DNA from: a virus
Taxonomy: Duplodnaviria; Heunggongvirae; Uroviricota; Caudoviricetes
Virus record (IMG/VR): IMGVR_UViG_2541047860_000002
Strand: one strand, 5' to 3'
Length of the DNA stretch: 64,000 bases
The notes under the pieces were generated by a model that saw nothing but the letters and a program-made list of their open reading frames with translations, made no database searches and was not told the origin of the DNA. Both the position numbers and the translations under genes were made by a program. Shown one piece after another: positions 49,065 to 59,337 of the stretch (the first letter of the stretch is position 1; each line of letters opens with the position of its first letter).

Positions 49065-49653
49065 GTGTCTTAGCTACTTCCTGAGACAAGGCAGCTTTAA
49101 CGTTACCCGTATCTTGCATTACTTTGTCTGACTTGCTCTGGAGTTTAGACAGTTTGTCGTTAGCATTAGCGATATCTTCACGGAGTGCATCACGTGATTC
49201 TTTCGCTTCAGCTAATTTCTGAGCGTTAGATTTAACTCCCTGCCGCTTCTTATTTCCGTCATCAATATTTTTTGCTGCACGAGCAAGTTTTCGAGCTAAT
49301 GACTTCTGGAAAGAAGTTGCTCCGCGATTAAATAAAGCCGCAAGAGATTGCCCCAAAGCCGACATTGTTTTTACTGGCTTGAACGGTACTGTTTTACCAT
49401 TCAGTTTGATCCCAGATATATCACCGGTATCGTTAACCTGAACTTCCATTGTCTGTTCATCAATACCAATAAGAGTAAACGTGCGCGTCATGATCCCATC
49501 TTTCTTCCTGCCATTACTTACAGGGATCACCCTCGCTATCTTGTAACCACCTTTGCTGATTTCTTTGACGAGTTTTGCCAGCCCCTTTTCGTTTAATTCA
49601 GCATAATTAAGAAGAACATAATTATTCTTATTTGACATCCCAGTCTCCTTCAC
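49018..49653 (-). CDS. hypothetical coiled-coil protein
   Basis: 211-aa ORF; probable start at an internal Met (about 49638). Confidence 0.4.
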   Translation of the reverse strand: MKETGMSNKNNYVLLNYAELNEKGLAKLVKEISKGGYKIARVIPVSNGRKKDGIMTRTFTLIGIDEQTMEVQVNDTGDISGIKLNGKTVPFKPVKTMSALGQSLAALFNRGATSFQKSLARKLARAAKNIDDGNKKRQGVKSNAQKLAEAKESRDALREDIANANDKLSKLQSKSDKVMQDTGNVKAALSQEVAKTRALKEEIARLEDEHD

Positions 49654-50074
49654 GCTTTTCGATCGTAAACTGGCGCTCTATGCAGTCATTGATAGGGAAA
49701 ATGCGATAAAGCGGATTCAGTCGGCAGTTACCGTTAGTCAATGTGACTTTCAGATCCCACTTCGTTGGCTCAAGATATTTCGTATCGATGAGCAAATACT
49801 CTTCTCTCTCACCGCGTTTTGAGGCGTCAACTGGTCGCGTTTTCCCTGAAATAACCACAGATGGATTTTTCAGGTCTTGCAACCAATATTCGATTTGAGC
49901 ATTGCTGACCCAGCTTCGCTTAACACGTAGCGAAACAGGAAATGCTATAGCGGATTCTTTCACTACAGCGTCACCAATACTCAAAATCTCAACACTCTTG
50001 CGACGAAAAATGAAACGGTCAATGATGGCAACAAATGCCATGATAAAAATGAAATAATTTCCAAAGTTACCCAT
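49628..50074 (-). CDS. membrane-anchored protein (possible antiholin, LydB-like by position)
   Basis: 148 aa with N-terminal hydrophobic helix, immediately after the holin-like gene. Confidence 0.35.
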   Translation of the reverse strand: MGNFGNYFIFIMAFVAIIDRFIFRRKSVEILSIGDAVVKESAIAFPVSLRVKRSWVSNAQIEYWLQDLKNPSVVISGKTRPVDASKRGEREEYLLIDTKYLEPTKWDLKVTLTNGNCRLNPLYRIFPINDCIERQFTIEKREGDWDVK

Positions 50075-50400
50075 TATTTCTCTCCACCTTTTCCCCCATT
50101 CGCTATTACGCTTAAGAGATTCAAGACGTTACTAGCTCTGGACTTCAAGCCCTGTAAAATTTCACTACCGTTGTTACTGGCAATCAGAACAACGCAGAAA
50201 ATGATACCTTCAGGCCATTCTTGGCTAACCGCCACCCCATACCCCGCAAGCCCGGCTGTTACCGCAGTAAACAATTCACTCGCAAGATTGAGCAGGGACG
50301 CAGAAATGCGCCCGTCTCTAACTCCGAGAAGGAATACGCCGGTTCCACTTAGTAGGGATGTTATGACTACTACAGCCAGATTTTCATAATCTGCAAACAT
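50074..50400 (-). CDS. holin-like membrane protein (LydA-like by size and position)
   Basis: 108 aa with hydrophobic segments and a charged C-terminus. Confidence 0.4.
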   Translation of the reverse strand: MFADYENLAVVVITSLLSGTGVFLLGVRDGRISASLLNLASELFTAVTAGLAGYGVAVSQEWPEGIIFCVVLIASNNGSEILQGLKSRASNVLNLLSVIANGGKGGEK

Positions 50401-50506
50401 ACCCCTCCAGAAATAACATCTAATGCGCCACTAACTTAGTCAGTTTGTTATTTCCTTACAGGACATCTTCTAAAATCTCCCCCCTTAACATACAAGGGGG
50501 GGACAT

Positions 50507-51067
50507 ATGCTTATTGGATACATTCGCGTATCAACTAATGACCAAAACACCGCTTTACAACGAAACGCCCTTGAAAGCGCAGGATGTGAGCTAATTTTTG
50601 AGGATAAGGCGAGCGGCAAAAAGGCTGAACGCCCAGGGTTAAAAAAGGTTCTCCGTATGCTTTCCAGAGGTGACACCCTAGTCGTATGGAAGTTAGATCG
50701 TCTTGGGCGCAGCATGCGTCACTTAGTTGTGCTGGTGGAAGAGCTGCGTGACAGAGGCATTAACTTCCGGAGTCTCACTGACTCCATCGACACCAGTACA
50801 CCAATGGGGCGCTTTTTCTTTCACGTAATGGGGGCGCTGGCAGAAATGGAACGTGAGCTTATCGTTGAACGTACACGCGCTGGACTTGATGCAGCTCGCG
50901 CAGAAGGTCGTATAGGTGGGCGTCGGCCTAAATACCAAGAAGAAACATGGCAGCAAATGCGGCGATTGCTCGAGAAGGGCATCCCCCGTAAGCAGGTTGC
51001 AATCATCTATGATGTGGCTGTTTCCACGCTTTATAAGAAGTTTCCGGCGTCATCATTTCAATCCTAA
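50507..51067 (+). CDS. serine DNA invertase (Cin/Gin/Hin/Pin family), copy 1
   Basis: 186 aa; N-terminal MLIGYIRVSTNDQ catalytic-serine motif and C-terminal HTH; 3' end runs into the left cix-like site. Confidence 0.9.
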   Translation: MLIGYIRVSTNDQNTALQRNALESAGCELIFEDKASGKKAERPGLKKVLRMLSRGDTLVVWKLDRLGRSMRHLVVLVEELRDRGINFRSLTDSIDTSTPMGRFFFHVMGALAEMERELIVERTRAGLDAARAEGRIGGRRPKYQEETWQQMRRLLEKGIPRKQVAIIYDVAVSTLYKKFPASSFQS

Positions 51068-51084
51068 ACCTTGGTTTAAGAGAA
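51059..51084. other. cix/gix-like inversion crossover site (left)
   Basis: CAATCCTAAACC-TT-GGTTTAAGAGAA, 12-2-12 imperfect inverted repeat. Confidence 0.55.
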
Positions 51085-51114
51085 CTCGGTACCAGTGGTG
51101 AAAAGATCCCCCTG

Positions 51115-52650
51115 TTGAGCACGGCTAACACATGGAGTGCGCGCCAGACTTTCAACGGCGGGATCACCGGGGCGCTGACAGGGAACGCCGATACCGCGAC
51201 GAAATTGAAAACAGCCAGAAACATTAATGGCGTCAGGTTCGATGGTTCGGCTGACATTAATATCAATACTCTGGTATCACGCGGTCGAGTAACTGCTCTG
51301 GCGTCGAATGCGCAGGGGACATCCGGGATTCAGCTGTATGAGGCATACAACAATGGCTACCCTTCCCCCTATGGCAATGTGCTTCACCTTAAAGGTGCCA
51401 CCGCTGCTGGCGAAGGTGAGTTATTCATTGGCTGGAGTGGCACGAGCGGTGACCATGCGCCCGTACATATCCGTTCGCGGCGGGATACTGATTCTGCCAA
51501 CTGGTCTGAATGGGCGCAGGTCTATACGTCAAAAGATTCCGTTCCCGGCGTTAATACCAAAGGGAATCAGGACACCTCTGGTAATGCGGCTACAGCGACC
51601 AAATTGCAGACAGCACGTACTATTAACGGTGTCTCGTTTGATGGTTCTAAAAACATTGAGCTAACAGCGGAAGATTTAAATCTTGAGCAAACCGTAGAAT
51701 TAGCCGCTGGATCATTGCAGAAAAACCAGAACGGCGCAGATATTCCAAACAAAGATAAATTTACGCAAACAATAGGTGCTTGCCGCTCTTTTCATGGTGC
51801 TATTAGCACAGGTGCAGGAAACTGGACGACGGCACAATTGATTGAATGGCTGGATTCTCAAGGGGCATTCAATCACCCATACTGGATGTGCAAATGTTCA
51901 TGGTCATACGGCAATAATAAAATTATTACCGATACTGGCTGTGGAACTATTCATCTTGCAGGTTGCGTTATTGAGGTTATGGGTAATAAAGGTGCCATGA
52001 CTATCCGTGTAACCACCCCGAGCACTTCCAGAGGTGGCGGAACTACTAATGCACAATTTACTTATATAAACCATGGCGCAGATTACGCACCAGGCTGGCG
52101 GCGTGACTACAGTACCAAAAATCAGCAGCCTGCATTTGCTTTAGGGCAGACAGGAAGCACTGTTGGAAATGACAAAGCTGTTGGATGGAACTCAATTAGT
52201 GGCGTTTATAATGCGACTATTGGTGGAGCATCAACATTGATTCTTCACTTTAATATGAATGCGGGGAGTTGCCCTGCTGTACAGTTCCGTGTGAATTACA
52301 GGAACGGTGGTATTTTTTATCGTTCAGCGCGTGATGGTTACGGATTCGAAGCTGACTGGTCAGAATTTTACACCACAACACGCAAGCCATCAGCAGGAGA
52401 TGTTGGTGCATATACCAAAGCGGAGGCGGACTCCCGTTATGTACGTGATATCCGACTTGGTGGCGCATCATCATACAAACCAGCAAATAATGGCACAACA
52501 TGGACACATCAGGCTCCATCTGGTTGCGCATATACCGGAATAATTGTTCAGGATACAGGCTCAAACTCTGCCGATAATATTGGTGGTGTTTATTACAGAC
52601 CAATTCAAAAAAATATTAATGGCACATGGTATAACGTATCGAGTATTTGA
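51115..52650 (+). CDS. tail fibre variable C-terminal segment (Sv-like), no constant part attached
   Basis: 511 aa from a TTG; frame is open back through the cix site to a stop at about 51034 with no ATG. Confidence 0.65.
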   Translation: MSTANTWSARQTFNGGITGALTGNADTATKLKTARNINGVRFDGSADININTLVSRGRVTALASNAQGTSGIQLYEAYNNGYPSPYGNVLHLKGATAAGEGELFIGWSGTSGDHAPVHIRSRRDTDSANWSEWAQVYTSKDSVPGVNTKGNQDTSGNAATATKLQTARTINGVSFDGSKNIELTAEDLNLEQTVELAAGSLQKNQNGADIPNKDKFTQTIGACRSFHGAISTGAGNWTTAQLIEWLDSQGAFNHPYWMCKCSWSYGNNKIITDTGCGTIHLAGCVIEVMGNKGAMTIRVTTPSTSRGGGTTNAQFTYINHGADYAPGWRRDYSTKNQQPAFALGQTGSTVGNDKAVGWNSISGVYNATIGGASTLILHFNMNAGSCPAVQFRVNYRNGGIFYRSARDGYGFEADWSEFYTTTRKPSAGDVGAYTKAEADSRYVRDIRLGGASSYKPANNGTTWTHQAPSGCAYTGIIVQDTGSNSADNIGGVYYRPIQKNINGTWYNVSSI

Positions 52651-53186
52651 TTATGATGCATTTAAAAAACATAAAGCCAGGCAATCCAAAAACCGAAGAG
52701 CAATATCTTTTAACTAAAAACTCAGGCGTCGTCTGGTTATGGACCGAAGATGGTAAGAACTGGTATGAGGAACAAAAGAACTTTCAGGAAGACACCATAA
52801 AGATTGCATATGATGAAAATAATGTTATATGCGACGTGCAAAAGGATGTGACTGCAATTTGCCCGGAGGGAAAAAGTGTCGTTGAGGTTCCTGATATTAC
52901 AGCAAATCGCCGGGCTGATATTTCGGGTAAATGGATGTTCAAAGATGGCGTAGTGATAAAGCGAACTTATACCGAGGAAGAGCAGAGGCAACAAGCGGAA
53001 AATGAAAAGCAAAGCCTGCTACAGCTCGTCAGGGATAAAACACAGCTATGGGACTCACAGTTACGGCTGGGTATCATTTCCGACGAGAATAAACAAAAAT
53101 TAACCGAGTGGATGCTCTATGCGCAGAAGGTCGAATCCACAGACACCTCCAGCCTGCCAGTAACATTTCCCGAACAACCAGAATGA
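52647..53186 (+). CDS. tail fibre assembly protein
   Basis: 179 aa; paralogue of the convergent ORF 53215-53742. Confidence 0.75.
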   Translation: MIMMHLKNIKPGNPKTEEQYLLTKNSGVVWLWTEDGKNWYEEQKNFQEDTIKIAYDENNVICDVQKDVTAICPEGKSVVEVPDITANRRADISGKWMFKDGVVIKRTYTEEEQRQQAENEKQSLLQLVRDKTQLWDSQLRLGIISDENKQKLTEWMLYAQKVESTDTSSLPVTFPEQPE

Positions 53187-53214
53187 GAGAAGGCCCGATA
53201 TCGGGCCTTAATTT

Positions 53215-53742
53215 TTATTCAGGCTTTTGTGGCCATTCAGGATTTGCCGTATCCACACGGCTGACCAGAACACTGTAGCGTTCCCATGACTCCAGTCGTG
53301 CGCGTTCCTCATCCGTCGCCATATTCAGCCTGACAGCGCGTTCCAGTGGCTGAATAACGCTTTCTGCTTCGGAAAGTAACGCGGCCTTTTGTGATTCGGC
53401 CTGTTGTTGCTGTTCATCTGCCGTATAAATCCGTTTAACCACAGCTCCGTCCTTAAACATCCACTTCCCTGAATCATCGGCACGACGATTGGCTGTTATG
53501 TCGGGAACCTCAACGACGCTAAAACCTTCAGGGTTAAGCGTGGAGGCATCTTTGGTGATGGCGACAATAATATTATTTTCATCGTAAACAATCTTTATGG
53601 TGTCTGGCTGAAAGTTTTTCACTTCCTCATACCAGTTTTTTTCGTCCTCAGAGTAAAGCCAGATGACTCCGTGCTTCTTTGTTAACTCATACTGATCCAG
53701 TGTTTTAGCATTACCCGCTTTTATGTTCTTTAAGTGCATCAT
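53215..53742 (-). CDS. tail fibre assembly protein (alternative)
   Basis: 175 aa, mirror-image partner of 52647-53186. Confidence 0.75.
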   Translation of the reverse strand: MMHLKNIKAGNAKTLDQYELTKKHGVIWLYSEDEKNWYEEVKNFQPDTIKIVYDENNIIVAITKDASTLNPEGFSVVEVPDITANRRADDSGKWMFKDGAVVKRIYTADEQQQQAESQKAALLSEAESVIQPLERAVRLNMATDEERARLESWERYSVLVSRVDTANPEWPQKPE

Positions 53743-53743
53743 A

Positions 53744-54754
53744 TTAAACGCTCGCTACATTATACCAGGTGCCATTTATATACTTTTGAACGGGTCTGTA
53801 ATAAACGCCCGCTATATTATCGGCAGAGTTGGACCCTGTATCCTGAACATTAATACCAGACAATACATGACCTGACGGGCACTGGAAATTCCATGTTTGC
53901 CAGTTGTTTACTCCATAATATTGCTGTGAACCAAGTCGAACATCTTTCACATAACGGGAATCAAAGTTACCGTAATCCGAGGGATTAACACGCCCTGTAA
54001 TATTTATGGTTTTATTACTTTGAATGCTGCCGGAGACAAAGCGCATAACATGGACGTTATTAGCATAAACGTCCAGATTACCGTCGCCATTTTGTTTAAA
54101 GCCCGTGTCATTATCACCCAAAACAATCGAGTTACCGCCAAGAGCACTGGATGTTCCGATACCCAATGCACCATTCAATTGACCGCCAGATAATGACAAC
54201 GCCCCAACCTCAGCAGCAGTCGGTTTAATGTGCGAACTGTAAATTACATATACAGTTCCATCTGTCAGGCCTGTTGGTTTATTCGCTGTATAAGTTGGTG
54301 ATGTATGAATTTGTACAGTTGCATCCTTTGTATAATCCCACTGGATATTAACACCTGTGGCGTAATTACCTATTTTTACATAAATGTCATAGGTATCACC
54401 GGATGTATTCACCCATGCAAAATTAGTAAATCCAACCGAGGTCCGTCGCCATAATGCACCAGTAAGACCTTTTGGATTTCCATTTCCCGCACGAAGAACA
54501 AGTTCAGATATACCAGCCTGCATAGGGGAGTTAACATTATATCCAGCACCACCAATCAGACTTATGTAAACCACGGAACTGGCTTGTGGCATTGTTACAG
54601 TTGCCAGTTTGAACCATCCAGCACCACCACTAAAAGACATGGTTGTTGAATTTGTTGTGCCGATATTACGCAGGAATAGTTTTTTATCGGGAATATCTGC
54701 GCCGTTCTGGTTTTTCTGTAATGCGCCAGAAGCCTGATTTACCGTTTCCTGCAA
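53744..54754 (-). CDS. tail fibre variable C-terminal segment (alternative), no constant part attached
   Basis: 336 aa from a TTG inside the right cix site; a stop lies 3 codons upstream; shares the [12 protein letters not shown] block with the other variable segment. Confidence 0.65.
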   Translation of the reverse strand: MQETVNQASGALQKNQNGADIPDKKLFLRNIGTTNSTTMSFSGGAGWFKLATVTMPQASSVVYISLIGGAGYNVNSPMQAGISELVLRAGNGNPKGLTGALWRRTSVGFTNFAWVNTSGDTYDIYVKIGNYATGVNIQWDYTKDATVQIHTSPTYTANKPTGLTDGTVYVIYSSHIKPTAAEVGALSLSGGQLNGALGIGTSSALGGNSIVLGDNDTGFKQNGDGNLDVYANNVHVMRFVSGSIQSNKTINITGRVNPSDYGNFDSRYVKDVRLGSQQYYGVNNWQTWNFQCPSGHVLSGINVQDTGSNSADNIAGVYYRPVQKYINGTWYNVASV

Positions 54755-54771
54755 ACCGAGGTTTTAGATAA
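54746..54771. other. cix/gix-like inversion crossover site (right)
   Basis: TTCCTGCAAACC-GA-GGTTTTAGATAA, close to the Mu gix sequence as recalled. Confidence 0.7.
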
Positions 54772-54825
54772 TGGCCGTTTCTGACCTGCATGGCATGATT
54801 TACGCTTTTGGACGGGAGATTCAGC

Positions 54826-55413
54826 GTGCTGATTGGCTATGTAAGGGTATCAACAAATGACCAGAATACAGACCTGCAACGAAACGCTCTTGTTTGTGCA
54901 GGATGTGAACAAATATTTGAAGATAAATTAAGCGGGACAAAGACAGACCGACCGGGATTAAAACGCGCTTTAAAGCGCCTTCAAAAAGGTGACACGCTGG
55001 TTGTCTGGAAACTGGATCGCCTCGGGCGAAGCATGAAACATCTGATTTCTCTCGTCGGGGAACTACGGGAGCGAGGGATTAATTTTCGCAGTCTGACCGA
55101 CAGCATAGATACATCTTCTCCAATGGGACGTTTTTTCTTCCACGTGATGGGTGCCCTGGCTGAAATGGAACGTGAATTAATTGTTGAACGTACACTGGCC
55201 GGACTGGCAGCAGCGCGCGCACGGGGGCGCACAGGCGGACGTCGCCCGAAGCTGACAAAAGAACAGCATGAGCAAATAGCAAGGCTGATTAAAAACGGTC
55301 ACGACAGAAAACAACTGGCAATAATTTACGGCATTGGTACATCGACGATTTATCGTTACCACCCCGCAGGAGAATCAAGCGGAACAATAGAGAAGAGTCA
55401 GAAAACAAAATAA
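54826..55413 (+). CDS. serine DNA invertase (Pin/Gin-like), copy 2
   Basis: Probable GTG start giving (M)LIGYVRVSTNDQ; catalytic-serine and HTH regions conserved; the track ORF starts at an upstream TTG (54808). Confidence 0.9.
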   Translation: MLIGYVRVSTNDQNTDLQRNALVCAGCEQIFEDKLSGTKTDRPGLKRALKRLQKGDTLVVWKLDRLGRSMKHLISLVGELRERGINFRSLTDSIDTSSPMGRFFFHVMGALAEMERELIVERTLAGLAAARARGRTGGRRPKLTKEQHEQIARLIKNGHDRKQLAIIYGIGTSTIYRYHPAGESSGTIEKSQKTK

Positions 55414-55441
55414 CCGCTAATCTGACCATTAGCGGTTTTTG
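55412..55441. terminator. bidirectional rho-independent terminator
   Basis: AACCGCTAAT-CTGACC-ATTAGCGGTT hairpin plus T-run between convergent genes. Confidence 0.65.
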
Positions 55442-55448
55442 TGTTAAA

Positions 55449-55943
55449 TCAGAACAGCCCTTTAACTGAACTGGCCGCGCTGTTAAGAGATGATGTCACC
55501 TTATCTTTGAAGCCGGACAGCATATCGCTGAACGATGAGGATTGCAGGCGCTCCCGCAAATCCTCATCACAGCGTTCAAGGGTCAGTGAAAATTCTATCT
55601 TTTTCGCCTTACCGTAGCGATCAAACTCGGAACGGGTCGTATTCGTTCCGGTCAGGACATACATGCCGTAAATCTGCCCGACGCCATCAATCAAAGGCCA
55701 GGGTCGTCCTGTATACGCCTGCGTGGTCAGCAGCGACAGCGACACTTCGCCACCTGTAATTTCAGGATAAAGCACACCAGAAAGAACGATGCGATCATCA
55801 CCTGCACCGATATACTGCCAGCTTGCTGAACGGTTAACGCGTTCATTTTTCACATGCCGCCAGCTTTTGTTTTGCTGTAACTGCTGATGCGGCAGCGTGC
55901 GCAGCTCAAAAACAAACATGCCGTAGATCATCATCATGGCCAT
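55449..55943 (-). CDS. P2 gpU-like tail protein
   Basis: 164 aa with the WQY.GAGDD ... LSG.LYPE.TGG block I associate with P2 gpU. Confidence 0.75.
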   Translation of the reverse strand: MAMMMIYGMFVFELRTLPHQQLQQNKSWRHVKNERVNRSASWQYIGAGDDRIVLSGVLYPEITGGEVSLSLLTTQAYTGRPWPLIDGVGQIYGMYVLTGTNTTRSEFDRYGKAKKIEFSLTLERCDEDLRERLQSSSFSDMLSGFKDKVTSSLNSAASSVKGLF

Positions 55944-55949
55944 GACTCC

Positions 55950-58757
55950 TCAATCTTTATCGTAAAAACTGCCACGCCCGGCACGGGCGCGCCGTTCCAT
56001 TTCTGCCCTGACCATTTCACCGACCAGTTTCGCCAGTTCGCGGGGATTCTGTGTAACAACGTTATGCAGATGAACATGAATTTCACCGCCAAATCCGGAG
56101 GCAACAGGCTCCCGGTTACGGGAAGTTGCAGGAACTGATGCCACTGGCGATCGTATGGCCTCCGCCACCGGGCGGGAGCTGGCCGCAACAACAGGGACCA
56201 GCGCCGGAGGCAGCGGAGCCGGAACCACGGGTGTGATATTAATTGCGGGGGCAGGCTTACTGACCTGCGCAATCTTCCGCTCCTGCCACTCCCCACGAAC
56301 AGCAAGTGCGCGGGGCAGGTTCTTAAAGACAATATCGCCGGGGCCAATGCGTTTTTTCGTCTCATCAACCAGCTTACCTGTGTTATCAGCAATTTTGCTG
56401 AGTCTGCGTAGCGTCCCGGTATTGCTGTCTGTGAGCGGTTTGTTGTCTTTGGGTTTATCACCTCCGGTGCCATTGCCATTTTCCACAGGCTTCGGCGGAT
56501 TGATTTTCGCCAGGTCCCCCTGAAGCAAGGCAACCTTGTCCTGAAGAATGGCCGCACGCTGTGCGTCTTCGATTTTCTTGCGCGCCCTTTCCGCTTCATC
56601 CGGAAGGACGCCAAGTTTTTCAAGTATCCACGCCAGCGTATCCAGTAGCATTTTTGCAGGTGTCAGAACAAGTTGTAACGCACCGCCAAGAACGTTACCG
56701 AATATCTCGCCAGCACTGGTACATTTATCCAGAGTTTCCTTGCTGGATTCCATCGGTGACAGCAGCGATTTAAACCAGTTAAACACCTGGCTGATCCCGC
56801 TTCCGATTGCGTCAAAAACAGGACCAAACCGTTCAAAGGTTTCGCGCAACGGGGTCAGCCTTTCCATAATCCCGCTGAACACCCCGGCAAAAAATGCCCT
56901 GATGGGATCCCAGTATTTCCAGATAAGAACGGCAGCTCCGGCAAGCGCAGCCACGATAAGACCAACCGGACTGAACAACGCCCCGATGGCGCCTCCCAGT
57001 AAAGAAACGGAACCCGTCACCATTCCCCACAGCGCAGGCAACGCCCTGACGACATTCATTGACCGGGTAAGAATGTCAAAACCAAGACGCAGGGTGGCCA
57101 GCTTCCCGTAAAGCACCCCAATAACCAGCGACAACGAGCCAATCGTTGCAGTCATTGCCAACAACGCACCGCCTGCTATCAGTAGCTGGCGCGTCAGTAC
57201 CGGATGGGCCTGCGCCAGCGAGGTGATTTTTTCAAGCACCCGCGTGAGCCACTGCGTGACAGAACGCAGCGGACCGTCAACCAGATCACTGATGCGAATA
57301 CGAAGACCTTCCCATGCGCTGTCGAGATTTTTCAGGTCCCCATCAAGATTATCGGCCATTACTTTTGCAACGCGATCGGACTCTCCCCTTGCCCCCTGCA
57401 ATTCTCTGGTCAGTTTTTGCAGCTCTCCTGAACCAGCCGCCGCAACAAGCGTCTGCAAACCAACGAACGCCTCTTCTCCGGCGATGTCCTTGAAGAAGGA
57501 AACCTGGTCCACCTGTCCGTATTTTTGTGTCGCCTTATAGAGATCAAGCAGCACATCCTCCATCGGGCGCATTTTGCCTCTGGCGTCAGCAACTGACACC
57601 CCCAGCTCTTTCAGTGCATCAGCCGCAGCTTTTGGCGGTGATGCAAGGCGGGACAGACTTGCGCGCATGGCCGTACCAGCATCGCTTCCACGAAGACCAT
57701 TATTGGCAAGCATCCCGGCCATAGCTGCCGCTTCTTCAAGACTGATACCAAGTTTTGCGGCAACCGGACCGGTATACTTCATGGTTTCGCCCAGCGCGCG
57801 TAAATCAGTATTGGTCCGGGTGAATGCCGCTGTCAGCGTATCGCCAACCCGGTCCATTTGATCGGCTGTCAGGTTGAACTGTGTGAGGATATTGGAGCCT
57901 ATATCAGCCGTCTCGCCGAGTTCGACGCCACCTGCCAGCGCCATATTAAGAACACCGGGCAATGCGGCCTGAATGGCCTGCGGAGTAAAACCAGCCATTG
58001 CCAGAAAGCTCTGCCCACTGGCGGCATCACTCGCAGTAAACTGTGTTTCAGAGCCAAGTTTTAACGCCTGCTCACGCAGCGCCTTAAACTGCGGGCTGTT
58101 TTTGTCGATTCGCGTCAGCGCCTGAACGCGGGACATCTCTTTGCCGAACCCGATCGCGGGCTGCAAAAAACGCCCGGCAGCATAGCCGCCCGCCGCTGCC
58201 GCACCAATTGCCAGCGCACCACCTGTTTTCAGTTTTCCCGCGGTTTCCTGCGCGCGCGAATACCGCTCACGCGCCCGCGTTACACGCGCAAGCGCCTGCC
58301 GTTCGCGTTCAAGCTGGTTGTTGTACTGTTCGGTGCGTCTGATGGCCTGCTGGATGGTGTTATCGCTGCCTGTCAGGGAAATGCCGTGGCGTTTCAGTTC
58401 TCCGCCAATCTCCCGCATTTTCTGAATTTCCCGTGTGCGCGATTCATTCAGGCGTTCAAGCCGGGTGCTTAACTGCTGCATCAGCTTTTGTTGTTTTTCG
58501 CTGAGCACTGTACCCGTGCGTTGTAACTGATTAAGGGCGTTAAGCTGGCGTCGTGCTTTCACGATGCCCGCATCCGCTTTACTGACAGCGTCACGGGCGC
58601 GCTCAAATGAACGCGCCTGACGCTCGAGATTTTTGATCGCCCCCTGCGTTCGCTGGATGGAGTCACCAAACTGCCCCATCAGGCGGCGGGCGTTTTCGGC
58701 AGGCCGGGTCAGCCTGTCAACGGCGCTGAAAGCGACCCGGATATCAAGAGTCTTCAT
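55950..58757 (-). CDS. tail tape measure protein
   Basis: 935 aa, coiled-coil N-terminus, Gly/Ala-rich hydrophobic core; directly after the E/E-prime chaperone genes. Confidence 0.85.
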   Translation of the reverse strand: MKTLDIRVAFSAVDRLTRPAENARRLMGQFGDSIQRTQGAIKNLERQARSFERARDAVSKADAGIVKARRQLNALNQLQRTGTVLSEKQQKLMQQLSTRLERLNESRTREIQKMREIGGELKRHGISLTGSDNTIQQAIRRTEQYNNQLERERQALARVTRARERYSRAQETAGKLKTGGALAIGAAAAGGYAAGRFLQPAIGFGKEMSRVQALTRIDKNSPQFKALREQALKLGSETQFTASDAASGQSFLAMAGFTPQAIQAALPGVLNMALAGGVELGETADIGSNILTQFNLTADQMDRVGDTLTAAFTRTNTDLRALGETMKYTGPVAAKLGISLEEAAAMAGMLANNGLRGSDAGTAMRASLSRLASPPKAAADALKELGVSVADARGKMRPMEDVLLDLYKATQKYGQVDQVSFFKDIAGEEAFVGLQTLVAAAGSGELQKLTRELQGARGESDRVAKVMADNLDGDLKNLDSAWEGLRIRISDLVDGPLRSVTQWLTRVLEKITSLAQAHPVLTRQLLIAGGALLAMTATIGSLSLVIGVLYGKLATLRLGFDILTRSMNVVRALPALWGMVTGSVSLLGGAIGALFSPVGLIVAALAGAAVLIWKYWDPIRAFFAGVFSGIMERLTPLRETFERFGPVFDAIGSGISQVFNWFKSLLSPMESSKETLDKCTSAGEIFGNVLGGALQLVLTPAKMLLDTLAWILEKLGVLPDEAERARKKIEDAQRAAILQDKVALLQGDLAKINPPKPVENGNGTGGDKPKDNKPLTDSNTGTLRRLSKIADNTGKLVDETKKRIGPGDIVFKNLPRALAVRGEWQERKIAQVSKPAPAINITPVVPAPLPPALVPVVAASSRPVAEAIRSPVASVPATSRNREPVASGFGGEIHVHLHNVVTQNPRELAKLVGEMVRAEMERRARAGRGSFYDKD

Positions 58758-59282
58758 TATCTACATTCCCGCTGCGAAGTGCCGCCCGCTCACGCCAGCT
58801 AACCACTTCGCCGGGCGTCATCATGAAGATTTCGGCGGGCGACCAGTTAAAAATGGCGGCGATATCTGCCACCAGATCTTCGATGTGCTCAAAGCACACC
58901 AGGGTGATTACGCTGCCGTCTCCTGCACGCTCTTCGCGCCAGAGTCTGGCTCGCTCATAAAATTTACAGCCACAGCGCACAACTGAATAAAATCGCGTGA
59001 CGACATTTTTTTAATCATCACTTCATCCAGTCGTGGCGAGGTCACGCGAGGCAACAGCGTGAACATGGTATCCGCTTTCAGATTCAGCACATCAGACAGC
59101 GACAGACCACGCAGGGATCCAGCCTGTTCAATAGCCCCGGTGATCTCCACATACGTGATTTTTTCGCCACCACGCTCAATTGGTCGGGTCAGTTTTACGC
59201 CACGTTCGACAGCCATATCCTCACCTGCCGTCACATCATCCGCCACGGTGTTATTCCGGGTTTCAGTATCGATGTCTTTCAT
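58744..59282 (-). CDS. tail assembly chaperone E plus E-prime fusion via -1 programmed frameshift
   Basis: gpE ORF is 58908-59282 (124 aa); the -1 frame is open from the A7 tract at 59006-59012 to 58744 and overlaps the tape measure start. Confidence 0.65.
59006..59012 (-). other. slippery heptanucleotide (AAAAAAA on mRNA) for the E/E-prime -1 frameshift
   Basis: Covers Lys91-Lys92 of gpE; shifting back one nt continues into the E-prime frame. Confidence 0.6.
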
Positions 59283-59337
59283 CAGTTGTCTCCTTTTCAG
59301 TCAGAGGCGACGCACTGCGCCGCCTGCATATTACTTA

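Noticed and set aside
55934-58064. ORFs antisense to or frame-shifted within the tape measure gene, including a 229-aa one
   Set aside because: Proline/arginine-rich low-complexity translations inside a well-supported 935-aa gene.
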